Below, piece by piece: positions 61,922 to 64,000 of a stretch of DNA of 64,000 nt; within the stretch, counting starts at the first letter, position 1; each line of letters starts with the position of its first letter. The stretch lies in assembly GCA_963840855.1 (NCBI GenBank), contig CAWJBB010000062.1, positions 64,001 to 128,000 on the forward strand, written 5' to 3'. The DNA is from an uncultured delta proteobacterium (GTDB taxonomy: Bacteria; Desulfobacterota; Binatia; UBA9968). The notes beneath the pieces are model-generated. The model saw nothing but the letters and a program-made list of their open reading frames with translations, did no database searches and was not told where the DNA came from. A program made the position numbers and the translations under genes.

Positions 61922-64000
61922 CTGATCGTTACCCATAATCCTTATGGCTGGCGACTGGGGGATTGGGGTCAGGGGGTTGCTGCATAGAATGATCATGTTG
62001 TTTAAAGATCAAGAAAGCAGTGGCGATGTCTTGCAAGCGTTGCAGACCGCGAGCAAGGGTTGTCGAGCCGGGCTCGCCGTCACCCTTTCGGCCAAGGAAA
62101 CCTCCGAGCTCAGCGGTCAGGCGTGTGATCTCGCGCAGGTTGGGTGGAGTGGAAGGCAGCGGTTGATCGGGACGCTTGAAGGCCAACAGCGCCTGCCACT
62201 CGTGTTGTTCAAAAGCAATGCTACACGGCGCCTGTGGGCGGGTGCGCGAGAGTTTCTTGATATGCTCGATTCTCCAGGCCACCACCAAATCGATGGCCAG
62301 GCAATTTTCCCAAACTGTGCGATCAGCGAGTTGACGATTCTCAATGCGGCAACCACTCTTGAGCGTGCGATGATACTCCTCGATCCCCCAGCGCTTATTG
62401 TACCAATCGATCTTTTCGACAGCCTGCTCGAAGCTGTCGACCTCGAGCGTGGTCAACAACATCCACTCGATGGCTTCTTTGGGCGAAGGTGGATTGACTT
62501 CGGTGACGTAGACGGCCCAAAGGCTCAGCGCACCCAACGAAGGATTGCGCTTGGGAGCGTGCAACTCCACCTGCGCAAAGCGAATCTCCAGCACACAAGT
62601 GCGGGCCGCTCGCCCCTTGCGTCGGGGCAGATAAAGGACACGCTGACCCGCCACCGCTTGGCTTTCCATGTACGGCCAAAGACACGCGCTGCTATCTTTG
62701 ACTCGTCGGTCCTGCTCAGCTCTAACCAAAAGCTTAGGGTGAGCCGGATCGCTTTTGGCCAACAAAAACAGCTCGTAGACATCGGCCTCGCGATCCCCGA
62801 CACTGACCACCGTTGTGGCGGCTCCAAGCTGGCGTTGCAGGCGCGCCGCGCCCTGAAAACTCTTGAGCCATTTGTAGCTCTCTTTTTGTTCAATCGCTCG
62901 CTGGTAACGGGTGGCACGTTTACCGAACTGCTTAGGATCGCGCGCCCAGGCCTGGATGTCGACCAAACCCATCGCCGTGCCCGCAGGCGTGTAGGCCATC
63001 GTATCGTGCAAAAGAATGCCCTGTGCGCCGTCGACATGCGTATTAATCGGTCCCAGCCCTTCCATGTCGGCGTGGGTGTCATAGTTAAAGCTGGTGGTGT
63101 CCTGCACCGCCAGCACCACGGGAATTTTCTCGCGCGCAATGCGCTCCATGGTGCTGTGATAGTGCGAGGAAAGGATCGCCTCCATGTTTACGGCCTTGTG
63201 CTCAAACAATCGATAAGCCGCTTTGGTTTTGGCGCGGCTTTGGCAGGCCTGCGGAATATTGGCCCCGGGCTGCGCATAGAAATCACGCGCGACGGTAAAC
63301 AGCCGCTTTCGATGGCGGCGATCACGCAGCCGGACATAACCGAACTCTTGTTCCGCCCAGTCCCGGGGTGGCTTGGGCAGCTTGCCGCACCGGGTAGGCG
63401 ACAGACGCGCCGGGCCAGGCTCCTCGCACAAACGCTTTTGGAAGTCAGGGACCAACGGGTAGAGATAAATGTCTTTGATCGGTTTTTTCTCTCGATGGGC
63501 TCGATCTTGACGACCGCGCCCGCAGGTCTTGCCCACATAGATCCAATTGGCGGCACGATACGAGGTGGCTGCAAAACGTTTCGACTCAACGTAGGTCTCC
63601 AACAAAAGCGGTCTATAACCATACGCTTGAGCCCAATCCCCTGGCAAGCGTTTCTGTGCCATCGCCAAAATCTTGGAAGCCAGATTCTTTACCCCCACCC
63701 CGCGCACGATCACAAAGCGCGAGTTGGCCACTACCTTTTGCAGATGACTCTGACGCGCCGCGTGACTCCAGCCAATCCAACGCTCGCGCGCCTTCAAATG
63801 CAACGCCGCCGCACTGAAACCCAACGCTCCCAGCCATCCCTGCTCGCAGCCGATCAAGTAACGCAGCTGCGCGCCACACAACGGTCGATACCCCAAGTAG
63901 TGATGGGTCGCTACCAGCTTCTTCCACTGCAAGTCCAGCTCACGATCTTTGGAACTAACCAAAACCAACTTAAGCCCGCGCAACTCCTTGACCGAGCCCT
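61922..64000 (-). mobile_element. IS4-family element (partial, runs off the window end)
   Basis: Terminal CTGATCGTTACCCATA (61922-61937) overlaps the transposase stop. Near-palindromic CTCCTGAGGAG lies just outside. Confidence 0.75.
61929..64000 (-). CDS. DUF4338 (DruA-like) domain fused to an IS4/Tn5-type transposase, 5' end outside the window
   Basis: HHYLGY, NSRF.I, NLASKIL, LLETYVE, YRAANW..VG.T.GRG, then WAEQEFG, VQDTT, GDREAD, RWGIEEYHRTLKSGC, LGGFLGRKGDGEPG. Confidence 0.88.
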   Translation of the reverse strand, partial: GSVKELRGLKLVLVSSKDRELDLQWKKLVATHHYLGYRPLCGAQLRYLIGCEQGWLGALGFSAAALHLKARERWIGWSHAARQSHLQKVVANSRFVIVRGVGVKNLASKILAMAQKRLPGDWAQAYGYRPLLLETYVESKRFAATSYRAANWIYVGKTCGRGRQDRAHREKKPIKDIYLYPLVPDFQKRLCEEPGPARLSPTRCGKLPKPPRDWAEQEFGYVRLRDRRHRKRLFTVARDFYAQPGANIPQACQSRAKTKAAYRLFEHKAVNMEAILSSHYHSTMERIAREKIPVVLAVQDTTSFNYDTHADMEGLGPINTHVDGAQGILLHDTMAYTPAGTAMGLVDIQAWARDPKQFGKRATRYQRAIEQKESYKWLKSFQGAARLQRQLGAATTVVSVGDREADVYELFLLAKSDPAHPKLLVRAEQDRRVKDSSACLWPYMESQAVAGQRVLYLPRRKGRAARTCVLEIRFAQVELHAPKRNPSLGALSLWAVYVTEVNPPSPKEAIEWMLLTTLEVDSFEQAVEKIDWYNKRWGIEEYHRTLKSGCRIENRQLADRTVWENCLAIDLVVAWRIEHIKKLSRTRPQAPCSIAFEQHEWQALLAFKRPDQPLPSTPPNLREITRLTAELGGFLGRKGDGEPGSTTLARGLQRLQDIATAFLIFKQHDHSMQQPPDPNPPVASHKDYG

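Overview
A 64 kb chromosomal segment from a moderately GC-rich bacterium. Gene content (paralogous amidohydrolases, NMT1/TctC-type binding proteins, class II aldolases, CoA transferases, UbiD, MmgE/PrpD) suggests Ca. Binatia or a related delta-type lineage; this is inference only. It holds an origin-proximal mnmE-mnmG-parA-parB block with two parS sites and no rsmG, a sigma54-type amtB-glnA-glnB locus, ispH-tctBAC, and ileS-lspA. It also has two IS elements (one DUF6788 + DDE transposase, one DUF4338-fused IS4), IS91 and AIPR remnants, and many palindromic and short tandem repeats. The most striking observation is an apparent in-place replacement of the ancestral type-1 ileS by a type-2 IleRS with a swapped GVHH signature. 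N- and C-terminal fossils of the old gene flank it, and the C-terminal one still overlaps the lspA start. Several repeat families have also inserted into the coding linkers of an E2 acyltransferase. About 11 single-base frameshifts, including in glnA and ileS, are most likely long-read indel errors. No rRNA, tRNA or CRISPR array was recognised.
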